From the human T2T-CHM13v2.0 reference genome, Homo sapiens: a DNA stretch of 64,000 nucleotides. Made by a program: the position numbers and the translations under genes. The notes beneath the pieces are model-generated. The model saw only the letters and a program-made list of their open reading frames with translations, made no database searches and was not told the origin of the DNA. Positions 23,561-38,125 of the stretch are shown here, one piece after another. Position 1 is the first letter of the stretch, and each line of letters starts with the position of its first letter. The stretch lies in the NCBI RefSeq assembly GCF_009914755.1, contig NC_060930.1. One strand, written 5' to 3'.

Positions 23561-25207
23561 CTGTATACATATTATATATACTTATTTACACCTGTGTCTA
23601 TATATTTGCCCCTGTGTATTTTGAATATTTGTGTGGACATGTTTGCATAGCCTTCCCATTACTAAGACTATTACCTAGTCATAATTATTTTTTCAATGAT
23701 AATCCTTCATAATTTATTATACAATTTATCATTCAGAAAGCAATAATTAAAAAAGTTTACAATGACTGGAAAGATTCCTTGTAATTTGAGTATAAATGTA
23801 TTTTTGTCTTGTGGCCATTCTTTGTAGATAATTTCTGCACATCTGTATAAGTACCTAAGATTTAGTTAAACAAATATATGACTTCAGTCAACCTCTCTCT
23901 CTAATAATGGTTTGAAAATGAGGTTTGGGTAATTGCCAATGTTGGACAGTTGATGTGTTCATTCCTGGGATCCTATCATTTGAACAGCATTGTACATAAC
24001 TTGGGGGTATGTGTGCAGGATTACCCAAGAATAACTTAAGTAGAAGAAACAAGAAAGGGAATCTTGTATATTTTTGTTGATAGTTCATGTTTTTCCCCCA
24101 GCCACAATTTTACCGGAAGGGTGACAGGAAGGCTTTACCAACCTGTCTCTCCCTCCAAAAGAGCAGAATCCTCCCACCGCCCTGCCCTCCCCACCGAGTC
24201 CTGTGGCCATTCAGAGCGGCCACATGACTTTTGCATCCATTGTATTATCAGAAAATGTGAAGAAGAAAAAAATGCCATGTTTTAAAACCACTGCGAAAAT
24301 TTCCCCAAAGCATAGGTGGCTTTGTGTGTGTGCGATTTGGGGGCTTGAGTCTGGGTGGTGTTTTGTTGTTGGTTTTTGTTGCTTTTTTTTTTTTTTTTTT
24401 TTTTAATGTCAAAATTGCACAAACATGGTGCTCTACCAGGAAGGATTCGAGGTAGATAGGCTCAGGCCACACTTTAAAAGCAAACACACAAACAACAAAA
24501 AACGGGTATTCTAGTCATCTTGGGGTAAAAGCGGGTAATGAACATTCCTATCCCCAACACATCAATTGTATTTTTTCTGTAAAACTCAGATTTTCCTCAG
24601 TATTTGTGTTTTTACATTTTATGGTTAATTTAATGGAAGATGAAAGGGCATTGCAAAGTTGTTCAACAACAGTTACCTCATTGAGTGTGTCCAGTAGTGC
24701 AGGAAATGATGTCTTATCTAATGATTTGCTTCTCTAGAGGAGAAACCGAGTAAATGTGCTCCAGCAAGATAGACTTTGTGTTATTCTATCTTTTATTCTG
24801 CTAAGCCCAAAGATTACATGTTGGTGTTCAAAGTGTAGCAAAAAATGATGTATATTTATAAATCTATTTATACCACTATATCATATGTATATATATTTAT
24901 AACCACTTAAATTGTGAGCCAAGCCATGTAAAAGATCTACTTTTTCTAAGGGCAAAAAAAAAAAAAAAAAAAAAAAGAACACTCCTTTCTGAGACTTTGC
25001 TTAATACTTGGTGACCTCACAATCACGTCGGTATGATTGGGCACCCTTGCCTACTGTAAGAGACCCTAAAACCTTGGTGCAGTGGTGGGGACCACAAAAC
25101 AACCAGGGAGGAAGAGATACATCATTTTTTAGTATTAAGGACCATCTAAGACAGCTCTATTTTTTTTTTGCCACTTTATGATTATGTGGTCACACCCAAG
25201 TCACAGA

Positions 25208-25213
25208 AATAAA
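25208..25213 (+). terminator. Candidate proximal polyadenylation signal AATAAA
   Basis: AATAAA followed ~20 nt later by a T-rich tract (tttttctgttttcc). Confidence 0.4.
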
Positions 25214-25770
25214 AAACTGACTTTACCGCTGCAATTTTTCTGTTTTCCTCCTTACTAAATACTGATACATTACTCCAATCTATTTTATAATTATATTTGA
25301 CATTTTGTTCACATCAACTAATGTTCACCTGTAGAAGAGAACAAATTTCGAATAATCCAGGGAAACCCAAGAGCCTTACTGGTCTTCTGTAACTTCCAAG
25401 ACTGACAGCTTTTTATGTATCAGTGTTTGATAAACACAGTCCTTAACTGAAGGTAAACCAAAGCATCACGTTGACATTAGACCAAATACTTTTGATTCCC
25501 AACTACTCGTTTGTTCTTTTTCTCCTTTTGTGCTTTCCCATAGTGAGAATTTTTATAAAGACTTCTTGCTTCTCTCACCATCCATCCTTCTCTTTTCTGC
25601 CTCTTACATGTGAATGTTGAGCCCACAATCAACAGTGGTTTTATTTTTTCCTCTACTCAAAGTTAAAACTGACCAAAGTTACTGGCTTTTTACTTTGCTA
25701 GAACAACAAACTATCTTATGTTTACATACTGGTTTACAATGTTATTTATGTGCAAATTGTCAAAATGTAA

Positions 25771-25776
25771 ATTAAA
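25771..25776 (+). terminator. Distal polyadenylation signal ATTAAA
   Basis: ATTAAA with upstream TGTA and GT-rich sequence after ~25800. Confidence 0.75.
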
Positions 25777-26146
25777 TATAAATGTTCATGCTTTACCAAA
25801 ATTTGTCTAGTGTCTTGAGTGAAGGGTCAGTGAGCGACATCTCCATACTGTACAGATGGCACCAGAACAAATTTTGAACACAATGCAATTTGTCTCTCCC
25901 CTGCCCCCACCCCTGTTCTTCTGCAGCACCCTCTGGGGTGCCCTGATCTCCCCCGGCTCCTTCCAGGAGTATATTTGTGCGTGATCTGACAGCATTGATT
26001 TGTCTCTCATAACTAAGATTTTTCTTTATGAACTATAAAAATGTTCTCTAAAGGAAGCATTTCAAGCATCAGCCAGTAAGTGGGAGACGATTTGTTTGCT
26101 TTGTGAACTTTTACATTTTATTTCGTCAATGGACATGGGGTGGTGA

Positions 26147-26696
<550 letters not shown>

Positions 26697-27712
26697 TACT
26701 TGTGCATTTAAAAAGTTTCCAGAAAGCTGCTTTCCCAGAATCTGAGCGTTGTTAGTGTGAGAGCCAGGTATCTTGGTGGTATGGCCATGTGGCCCTATGT
26801 GATGGGAACAAGTCTATGTGCTTAGCCATTCACGCTCCAGAAACTAACCTGTGTCCAGAGAAAAGGCTCACATAAATTCGAGTCTCATTTGATAGATGTA
26901 AGTAGGAGATGCTTCTAGAAAAGTGATAGTTCATTCAGTGAAAAGAAAATCTAAAAGCCCTTTGCAAGTGGTTTTCATGCTTCCCATTTCATCTATTAGC
27001 AAATTTATGGTTTTATGCGCATGCTGACTGCATGTTAAGAAAATAATGCTCCTGCTTACATTTGGACACTCAAAACTGCCTGATGCTTTGTTTTTAATGT
27101 TTCTTCTTTAAATTCACTTAAACATCTGTGCCCAGAATTTGAAATTCTGCCAACATGTAACTGTGGAGTTAAGAAAACCAGAACCCTATTGTCATAAACG
27201 TGCCAAACGGCGCTGGTTATATTCCTAAATTCTACAGAACCATTGTGGTAATAATTTTTCAAAACAAAGCCCAATAGGATCCTGAGAGTAACAGCTAACT
27301 ACCATAAATCATAGTTCTTTACTTGGCAAATCATTTCTTTCTTTTTTTTTCTTGAGAGTTATATATCTTGGGAACACTTATGGACTTAGCTGTTTAATGA
27401 AACATTACATAAAAAGATAATATTCACTAATGAGCCCAAGTCCACCCAGCCAAAGTCCATACTGTTGGATCAAGACTTCATCCAGCTGTTTGTAGGACAA
27501 AGTAAGACTGAAGAAGCCACCTTTTTCTGAGTTTACCTTCAACAAAATAAAAACTCTGTGCAGAAATGATGCATTTAATTCCCTACCATGAGGCAATATA
27601 TAGAATATACAGCAGCGTGGGAGTCTATAGGCACATTTCTAGATATTTTTTCCTTGGGGGAAATGAAATCAATTTAGGATCCGTAAGTTGGTATAAATGA
27701 GCTCATTCCTTC

Positions 27713-27715
<3 letters not shown>

Positions 27716-27788
<73 letters not shown>
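27716..27788. repeat. Compound (TG)n(GA)n microsatellite
   Basis: Directly visible. Confidence 0.95.
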
Positions 27789-27792
<4 letters not shown>

Positions 27793-30700
27793 TTCTCTAA
27801 AAGGAGATAATGAGAAAAGGCCAGAACAGAGGAATGAAAGTAATTAGAGGCACATGGCAGATAATTTCTAATGCAAAACCAGGCCTCCAGGATAATCTGG
27901 TCTAGAAAGGAAGGCTGTACCACAGAAGGCAGCAGCTGAAAGAATTGATGAACAGAAGAGTTAGATAGAATGTGATCATTGAACCAGTCCAGAAGGCACT
28001 TCTGTTTCCTTTCAGAGATCATGGAGTTCTTTGTCCATAACATGTCATTTCATTCTCAGCTTCTGGCCAGAAGAAATCAGATCATTATGAACAGTGGCCA
28101 TCAAATCTACTTCTGGGTATGAAGTGGCTACAAGAAATGTTTTAGGATTGGTGGATAAGCTTCCCTAACATCATTTTTCAAGCTTCAAGTCCTCAGAACC
28201 CAAGTTCATTTGCTCAAAGTGCTGCTGACAGCTGCTCCTTAAATAAGTGAAAAGTGATTTTAATCTCAATACAGTCTTAATCGTGTAATTCAGGCAAAAA
28301 TGCAGCAAGATTCCAAAAAGTTATTTTTAACTGAATTTATGCAAATAGTCACTCTCCCTTTCCCAGTTTTACAGCATACTATAAACTAACAAACCCTCTC
28401 CTAGTTTGCTCTTCCTTCCAGGTTTGACAAGTAATGAACCAGGGTTGGCTGTGTGCACTTTTCCTTCTCTCTGAATTTTCGATAGGTTTTATTCAGCATA
28501 AACATGAATGTAGTCATCTTGTGGTTTTCCCCTACCCCCGTCATAAAAGAAAGGAGAAATGACAGATAAATAGCAATGGCTAATCTTGGTAAGAAATTCT
28601 TCAATATGTTAACAAAGGGGGTTCTCATGGAATTGTGGCAAAGTTCCCCAACTTCAGGTGTCTTAAGGATTCACCTGTGGATGATGGCAACCAGCTCTTC
28701 CCCATTGTGGGTAAGGAGCAGAACAAAGGAAATGAAATTAAAGCGTTGCAGAGGGGACTTTGGTTTAAGTCACCAAGACGAACACCTACATTTAGGGTTT
28801 GTAACACAATGGATTCCTTCCCATGGGAGGGAGCAGTCCCCATCCTTGCAGGGCTTAGAGAGGAATCCGTGTGTTTGAAAGCACAGGATGAACAAGATGC
28901 TCTGGTGAGCTTTTCCTAGGTCTTTAGTGTTTCATGTTCTTTAATGTTCCTGAGGCTTCCTTGGAAATGCTGTGTATTTAGGCAGATCTGGAGAGCCCGT
29001 CTGATTCTGAGGAAGAGTCTATGATATCATGAAATTAATTTTGCTGTATATTCTGTAAAATATTTTAAGAGATATTCAATGTTTGAATTCCCAGGGCTTC
29101 TGGAAGGGTCTGAAATTGAAAATGAGGCATGGTGCCACTGTCACCTGCATTACATGTGGCACTCTGTAAAGCAACCTCCAGGCTAGCAGCCTTTCAGCGC
29201 AGTTATCACTTAAGAAGAGAAGGGACCATCTCTGTGTTCTCTCCACTCATCAGCACTATTTCCCTTGAGTACTGTTTCCTATCCACAGGCAAAGGAAATG
29301 AGACACACCGCAGTCCCCTTCCACATAACCCTATCTTGCCTCTCCAGTTTTTAGTACAAGCGACCTGACAGTGATTTGCTGTGAGATCAACCAACTGTGG
29401 ATCATTAATGGGGTCACTTACTCTTTCTTCCATGGCTCTCAGGGCCAGAGTTTAAAAATACACCCAAGATGGGAACTGAGTTGATGAGCTCCTACCATCA
29501 CGGAAAAAGCGGCATATCAGGAGTTTAGGGAGCTTGGTTCTAGTCCTGATTCAGCCCCTGGTTAAGCGTGTGCTCCCAAGAAAGTCCGGGAACCTCGCTG
29601 GGCCACAGTTTCCTGGTCCTTAAAAGGAAGGAGTCATTTCCTGGGTTGTCTTCCTGTTCTTTGGAAGATGTTCTTACATCTCCTAACATGCTCAGATTCC
29701 ACTGTTTTCTCTTATTTCCTTTTGATTTGTTTTCCTTGGAACTCCGGTTGTTGCTATAGGCAGATATTTGTAATTTAGAGAGCAGATGTCGGAGAAAATG
29801 AAAATGAGGGGCAAGTCTGTATGGAAACAACTATTGTGGCTTCTTTTGGCAAAAGTGAGTGGGCTTGCAAAGGTCCTGCTAATTTGTAAGAACCATGAAC
29901 TTTCCCCAGGAATTAATATGCTCATCTGAAAGGAATCAAGATTCTTTTAATGGACATAATGGCTTATGCTTAAATCAAACTTCTGCTTAAGTACCATGAA
30001 TTCTAGGATGTTTAGTGGGTTTTTGTTTTTTTTCTTCGTCTTCTTTCTCTTTTCTTTTTTTTTTTTTTTTAAAGCAAAGGCCTACATGTAAGATGACTGA
30101 GAAAGATTTAAGCCCCTTGCCACAAAAAGGAAAGGGGGACAAAAATATGGGCAGCTAAAGAAAAGAATGAGAACCCAGTCAAGAGACCCTAAGAAGACGT
30201 TGAAAGGAAACGTTTCAGTTAGAAAGTAATCAAGGCCCTGATACTGTTTTAACGGCTCAAAGTTTAAAAAAGGGAATAAAGAAAAATTAAACTGAGAGAG
30301 GGAGGAGAGAGGGAAAGGTTAAGCCAAGACAGAAACTGTGAGCAGATAGATGTGAAAGGGGCTGAAAGTAAGTGAAAAGTGAAAAATTGCTTTATGAATA
30401 AACCGTTGAAAAATAGTGAGTGAAAAAGCAATTGTGCTTCCAGTTATTACTGAATCACAAGCTCGTGGAAGACAGAGGCTGACCCCAGCAGCAACTCCAC
30501 ACTAACCTACATCGCAGCAGTTGGTACACTGCAGTTCCTGTGGGCGGACACCGTTTTCTACTTGAGTGTTCAGTTTCATTGTGATTACCCTCCATCACCG
30601 TCGCATGTGGGCCATTTTACCGCCTTGAACACAAAAAACCTGACTTGGTCATCTCTCTAGCCTGCTGACACTCCAAAGCAGGTGATATCCTCCAGAGGAC

Positions 30701-31507
30701 ACACAGAGACCAAGGGGTAAGGGCGAGGGGAAGGCAAGCAAACCTGAGAGAAGGAGAAGCCTCTGCCTGCCCCTGCTTTTTCCTGAAAATGACAGTGTGA
30801 TTTCACACTCAGTGCCCCTGGTCATTCCTGGAGGTGCGTTCCCACAGGGACATGGTATGGCCCGTTGGACAAGTCTCTTCCGTGCTGAGAGCCAACAGAT
30901 TGCCCTTCTTAGGAACACATCCGGGCTCAGGCTTAGCAAATGAGACGCCAACCATAGCAAGCTTCCCTCCACCCCTTGGCATACTTGGGGAAGCACGGGG
31001 AGCCCTAGGAAGTGGACCAGTTCCACCAGTGTGACCGCCTTCCTCCTCCTTCAGGAAGAGGCTGAATAGTGGAAGTGCCGGACACCTGCCGTAAGAGAAG
31101 TCAATCCTCATGAAGAATGGCTGGTACCAAATGGCACACGCTGTTTCCAAAGCTGCAGGCTTGCTGTCCTTCTCATTGCAAGTGCAAAACCCACTTTTAT
31201 ATTAGAACTGCCCCCAAGCAGCTAGCTTTTGGTTATATGCTTCAACGGAAAAGAGGCGGGAAATGGGTGGCCACAGATTCCCAGTAATTTGTGTGGGAGT
31301 GCTTCCTGGGCACTTTATTGGTAAGCATTCACCCTCCCTGAGCACACCCTCTTCTCGGTGACAGATGCAGGCAGGCAGGTGGTCCTCCAGGGTTCTAAGG
31401 TTGGGGAAGCCAGGCCAAGGGAACATTTGACCCCGATGACCCAGAAAGCAGTTAACTCATGCACACAGCTGGATGCATAATCAAAGAACGAGGTCCAATT
31501 TTGATAA

Positions 31508-31903
<396 letters not shown>

Positions 31904-33950
31904 GGATCTTGGTATCTTTTCTTGCTGTTGCTACAAGAGGTCCCTGGCCTTGTGCTGATGGGAAGGTTTAAGGCAACGTGCTTTCCTCCTTGAGTTTGTT
32001 CATAAAAGAGGTAGAAAAGATTGGTCTTTGAGTATCTCCATCCCAGAAATAAGAAAATTCAGGTATGGAAAGTCAAGGAATATGCCCAAGCCACCTAACA
32101 AGTTCATGCTGGAACTGGAAACTACATCCCGGCTTCCTGACTCTGGCAGATTAGACAATGCTCCTATTGCTGAGCTGGGCAGGGGCCAAGTGAGCCACTG
32201 GCATTGTTTGTGTGTAGGGCAGGCTTGCCAAAGCAGCAGAGTCTTACAGCATTAAATGACTGTCTTCTGCCTTGTCAGGAGCTTGACTCTTAACTAGTTC
32301 TGCAGACATTTCAGTAAGGAAGGAGGCGATAAGGAGTCTTGGAGAATCATGGCTTACTATGGCCTACCATTACTCTGAATCCATCTCACTTCTAACTCCA
32401 CAGAACCGTTCCTGTCTCTAAAGCTGAGCTCATTCCAGATACCCACTTTACTAAAAGGTTTCCATCTCTCTGGGGGTGGCCAGTTCCCCTGTGAAGTGCC
32501 AGAGTAAGGTGACATTTCCGGTGCTTTAGCAGAAAGGTGGGTGTCAGGCGTCAGCAGTTCTCCAGCAGCCTCAGGCCAACAGTGTTCCAAAGAGGAAACT
32601 GAGGCACAGAACTAACCCTATCCCATCAGAGTGTGCCTCAGAGTCCTGGTAACTGCACCTAGAGAGCACCGTGATCCTCAGGTAGGGGGGCATTGAGCAG
32701 TTGCAAAAATTCACATGCTATTTTGGATAAACCGGCTTTAAAGTTCATTCCACTTTAAAGACATGGAGGGTTGTGTTTTCTGCAAAGGAAAGGAAATGTA
32801 TAAATGGACATATTTTCTACTTCAAGTGCACACAAAAAAAACCTGTGTTGCTTCTGAGCTTAAGGAGGTATGTTCTTTGTTTTAAATATTGCCCATGCAT
32901 AGTTAACCAATGTACCTGGAGGCAGAGATGAAAGCTGAAAAAGAACAGTCAGGTCTACCTTTGTGTTCCAAGGCAATGTAATCCCACAAGGCACAATTCC
33001 TCTAAGAATTATCTGAAAATTTTCAATATGCCCACCTGTTAAACAGCTTTTGCAACCAACAGAAACTCTGGAAGATTTATAGTCTGATTGCTTCAAATTG
33101 GTCATTTTTGTCTCCTCTAGTTTTGACCTACACGTGGATTCCAGACTGAAAATTACATTATCCAAAGCAAACCATTCAGCCCATCTTAGATAGATTACAG
33201 CTGTTTCAACCCTTCCTCCAAATGGAGGGTAATAACATAATATATTATAGCTCATCTATAGCCTGAAGAATTATGTGCTCTTAAAAGGATTGGCTGAAAA
33301 GAAAGAAAAGGAAGGAAGACAGGAATCTTCTAAAACTAACTATATAACTTAGAAATGAGAGAAGCGTCCCTTAAATTCAGATCTGAATCTTGTTCACATC
33401 GGAGACGTGAGCATTTCAAGGTGATGGGCTGGAAATGAACTTTGCTAGTAGGGACTTTCAACCCCTTCTCTCTGTGAGTTCTGCTGAGGGCCACTGGGCA
33501 CGTGGCGGGCTTCTCCTAAAGAGAGTCATGTACGTCTGCAAGATTAAAAAAAAAAAAAGGCAGGGTAAAGTCTGTAGCTGAAGGTTGACAGACTTCCTTC
33601 CGCACTTGGGTTTTTCTCCCTTCTAAGGGCCGTTTGAAAGTTCTTCTTGTGCTTCTAACTTAGCAGAAACCACATCATGTCTTTTGTCATCATCTTTGCT
33701 CACCACTGGAGACCCTGGTGGTTAGAGAGGGAAAGTCCCTTTGGATGGTGCCTATGGGGGTAGAAGGTGTTGGGAGCCAGCAGGGGGTCCGGGTGGAGAG
33801 GGAAGAAGAGAGGAGAGGTCATCAAGCTTGCCTTTCTGGCCCAGGCAATATACCCACCCCGGCTAGACTTTCCAATCCTCAGAGTGGCAAAGTATATCTT
33901 TTTGGTTATTCACTATGTCCCTGGTTATGTTGGGTTGCTGAGGGAATAGC

Positions 33951-34476
<526 letters not shown>

Positions 34477-34704
34477 GAACAGATCATTAAACAAAAGAAA
34501 ACAATTTACTTCAAGAGCTCCGAGTTTCTGGAAAGCCCAAAGAGTGGCCACAGTGACCTCTGTGTGGCCTGAGAATAGCTTTTACCTGCCTTCCTGGCAC
34601 AGAAATTACCTGGAGGTGGATTGGAAGCAGAAGTAGGGAATAGGAACACAGCTATATATTCGGTTTGAGCTCTTTTAGAGTAGATGCTATAGAGACATTC
34701 TATT

Positions 34705-34905
34705 CTCTTTTTTATTGTGATAAAAGATAGAACCTACATTTACCATCGGAATCACTGTGCAGATAGTGTATGGTAGTATTAGCTATAGGCACATTGTGCA
34801 ACAGATCTCTAGAGCTTTTTCATCTTGCAAAACTGAAACTGTATACCCATGGAACAACAGCTCCCTGCTCCCCTCCCCCTCAGCTCCTGGGTAGTGACAT
34901 TTCTT
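34705..34905 (-). mobile_element. Old L1 (L1MA/L1MB-like) 3' fragment
   Basis: ttcatcttgcaaaactgaaactgtatacccat is typical of antisense L1M 3' ends. Confidence 0.6.
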
Positions 34906-36289
34906 GATCGTGCTGTTAACCATGAGTACTTTTCTTCGGTTAAGTCTACAAACTTGATTTCCATACCAAGACCTGTTTTGAGTTCACACACCAGCTGACC
35001 TGCTTCAGGAGCAGTTCAGATTCACTCTGCCATGAATATTCATCACTCACTATGGGTCATGATCACAAATGCATGTCCTCAGCACTCTGGCTGGGCTTCA
35101 GCAATTTATGGAGTTGTTATTTGCACCACCAAACCAGTCAGGAATGAAAATAACAATCAACTCCTTAAATGTTTACAAGCCTCCTGGGCTATTGCACATG
35201 TAATTTAGAGCTGCCATCTTGTCTCCTTCTTTCTGTCAGTGGAATGGAATGTCCCCTCCAGTAACTTGTTGGCTTTAGGAACATGGGGAATAGAAGGCTC
35301 CTCAACCTGAATTGTCTAGTCAAGGCTTGGCTGAAGTCCTCTTTGGTAGCAAGGTGTTTGGGTTCTCATTGCTCTGCAATGCTTCCTTATACAAGTCACT
35401 TGAAAACAAACCTTCCCCGCAGGTTGTCCTTGGAAGCAGAGCAGGAGGCAGGTAAGTACTCTCACCCAATCAGCACAATCAATTTGTCATTCCCTGAAAA
35501 TAGAGTCGTCCCTCCAGTCTGTCCAGGTCGGTGGGGATAGAGAGGAAGGCCCAGCTGCCTTTGAGCAATGCCACATTCCAGTGGGGAGTGGTTCCCCCAC
35601 ATTCACCGCACTAGGGCGGGCGTGTTGTGCCTCGTGCCTGCAGCCACCCTTGAAGTGTTGTTGTTAAACAACAGTCATGAACTCTGGAATGTCTCTGGTC
35701 ATTTATAGCGTGACTGTGTCACTCTGTAAATGACACTGTCAAGCTTCAAGGCCTAGAATGAAGTTGGTTTGCTTTTCAATAGATCATAGTCCCGCCCAAA
35801 ACAAAGCTTCCAGGCTTTTACAATGTACTTCTTACTCTGAAACTCCTAAGAGAATAGAAATGCTAGGGAGATAAAATACAGGAATAGACTACAAATCACA
35901 CTCCAGTCATCTTACAGGCCCTTTAAAACACATAGAACAATTTGACCATACTATTTGCAAATAAGCAGCTTTCTGGAAATTAGCTGGGCTCTTCTTAAAG
36001 CAATTTTTGTCTTCTCTCACTCTTGTCTTGACTTTTCCTTCTTTGGTTCATTTCCTTCATGAGATAAATGAAGAGCGCAAGAGATTGAGGTTCCAAAGAA
36101 CATGTGATTCGTGAGTCATGTCTATTTTTTCTCTATAGTGTTCATTGAAAATTCATTGTTCCAGTAGAAGAAACAGAAAGTTAAAATGAACATTAAATAC
36201 TGCTTTTGCTATTTCTGTAATACAGCAATAATTATGAAAATAATGCTTCTCATTTGATTTATGCTGTATAAGTTACTATGGTCTGTTGG

Positions 36290-36420
36290 TCACTGTCTCA
36301 TTTTATCCTCACAAATACCCTCCGAGATAACTTTATTATTTCCATTTCGTATACAAGAAAACTGAGACCCTGCGAGGTCAAATAAATTAGATAATGCAGG
36401 AAAAAACCTTAACCCAGTGC
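36290..36420 (-). mobile_element. MIR fragment
   Basis: atcctcaca...ttattatttccattt...gaaaactgag MIR core. Confidence 0.55.
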
Positions 36421-37371
36421 TCATACAAAATAATCCACAGTTAACATCTTTAAGGAACTTGCTTGACATCACACACGTAGGAACTGTGATGAGGACTGTG
36501 ACCTTCATATGCTGTGGTCAATACTCACTCCACCTCAGCAGAGCAGCCTTAGGCCATAAAATACACAGATATTTAAAGAGAAATATGGTTTTAAACCTAT
36601 TCTGCAACCTACAGCTTATTATGTACTAGCTATGAAGGTAGGTTTGTGGAGGATTCACGAAACGTAATTCCCATAGTCTTGTGTTCTTTTGACCCATTCC
36701 TTACAAGAAAAAAGTGCTTACAAAATCCTTCCTACTGTCCCTCTTACTTTTAAATCCCTTTCATCAAATAGGTTGAGTCAATACATGAATCCTGAGATTT
36801 TTAACATTTTTTGTTCTCAAGTTGTAGGTTTTCCATTGTATTCATGAAAGATAAGTCCTGCATTTTTACTGATTCATTCATTCATTCTATGAACATTTAT
36901 TACCTGCCTATTATACTTCAAACATGGGCCAAGCTGGGCCTGAAGGCCAGGTCCAAATATGACCAGGACCTTGACCTCAAAGAAATACTTGCTTCATGAA
37001 GGAGAGAGCAATGTACAATCTGATTAATGTTATTGGTCTCTTTTAAATAAATTGGTTCTATTAATATCTGCTAAGATGGATCACTGAATTAGAAATACTA
37101 ATACCCAGCCTTTATTTTGTAGCATTTAATTTGATGAGTGTTTGGGGATCCTTCACATATATTCACCTTTGGTTTAATAAGGTTATTTAAGTAACAGCAG
37201 TGTATACTGACAATATTTGAGTTCCGATATCTAATAGAAAACTCACATTCTACTTACTATATTTGTACTAGCCCCCAAGAGCATTGCCAGAACGGAGTTT
37301 CAACAACAAAAATCATTGTTGAACATGACTATGCCCCACAATGAAAATACGAGTTATTATAAATCAGTGAG

Positions 37372-37685
<314 letters not shown>

Positions 37686-38024
37686 TTAGGAGTAGATTGT
37701 CTGTTCCTTGCAATAGAACTACAGTATCATTTTCAGGTACATCTTCAGAAACATGAGTTTCTGGATGAGATCACAAACCAAAAAAACTCTAAGTTTTTTT
37801 TTTTTTTAACATTGTATAAAACACTCTCTGCTGAGATGTCTTAGGCTTTGCATTCAACCATCCTAGCATCTCATGAGGATGCACAAAACCATTTCAGGCT
37901 AGCCATTATTTTATATCAAAAGAGTGCATTCCCAGAACCATAGCAATACTGGGGAGGCGGGTAAGGGGAGCATCAGTGTCATGAAATGGAACAAGCAAGA
38001 TACTCTGGGGGATACTGGTGGGAC

Positions 38025-38125
38025 AGGTGATCAAGAGACCTGGGTTTAATCCTGGTTTGGCCGCCTGGGTGACTTTAGCAAGACATGTAACCTCCCTGCG
38101 TGTTTCCACATCTGTTAAATGTAGC
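38025..38125 (+). mobile_element. MIR fragment
   Basis: gacctgggtttaatcctgg...gtgactttagcaag...tttccacatctgttaaatg. Confidence 0.6.

Larger units (their letters stand above)
23344..25800 (+). other. PRDM1: PRDM1 3'UTR
   Basis: AU-rich, free of recognisable transposons, follows the stop codon and ends after ATTAAA; many miRNA seed matches. Confidence 0.85.

Noticed and set aside
24954-24976. A-run as the mRNA end or a retrocopy tail
   Set aside because: Genomically encoded, no canonical upstream hexamer or TSD, and UTR-like sequence continues to ~25800
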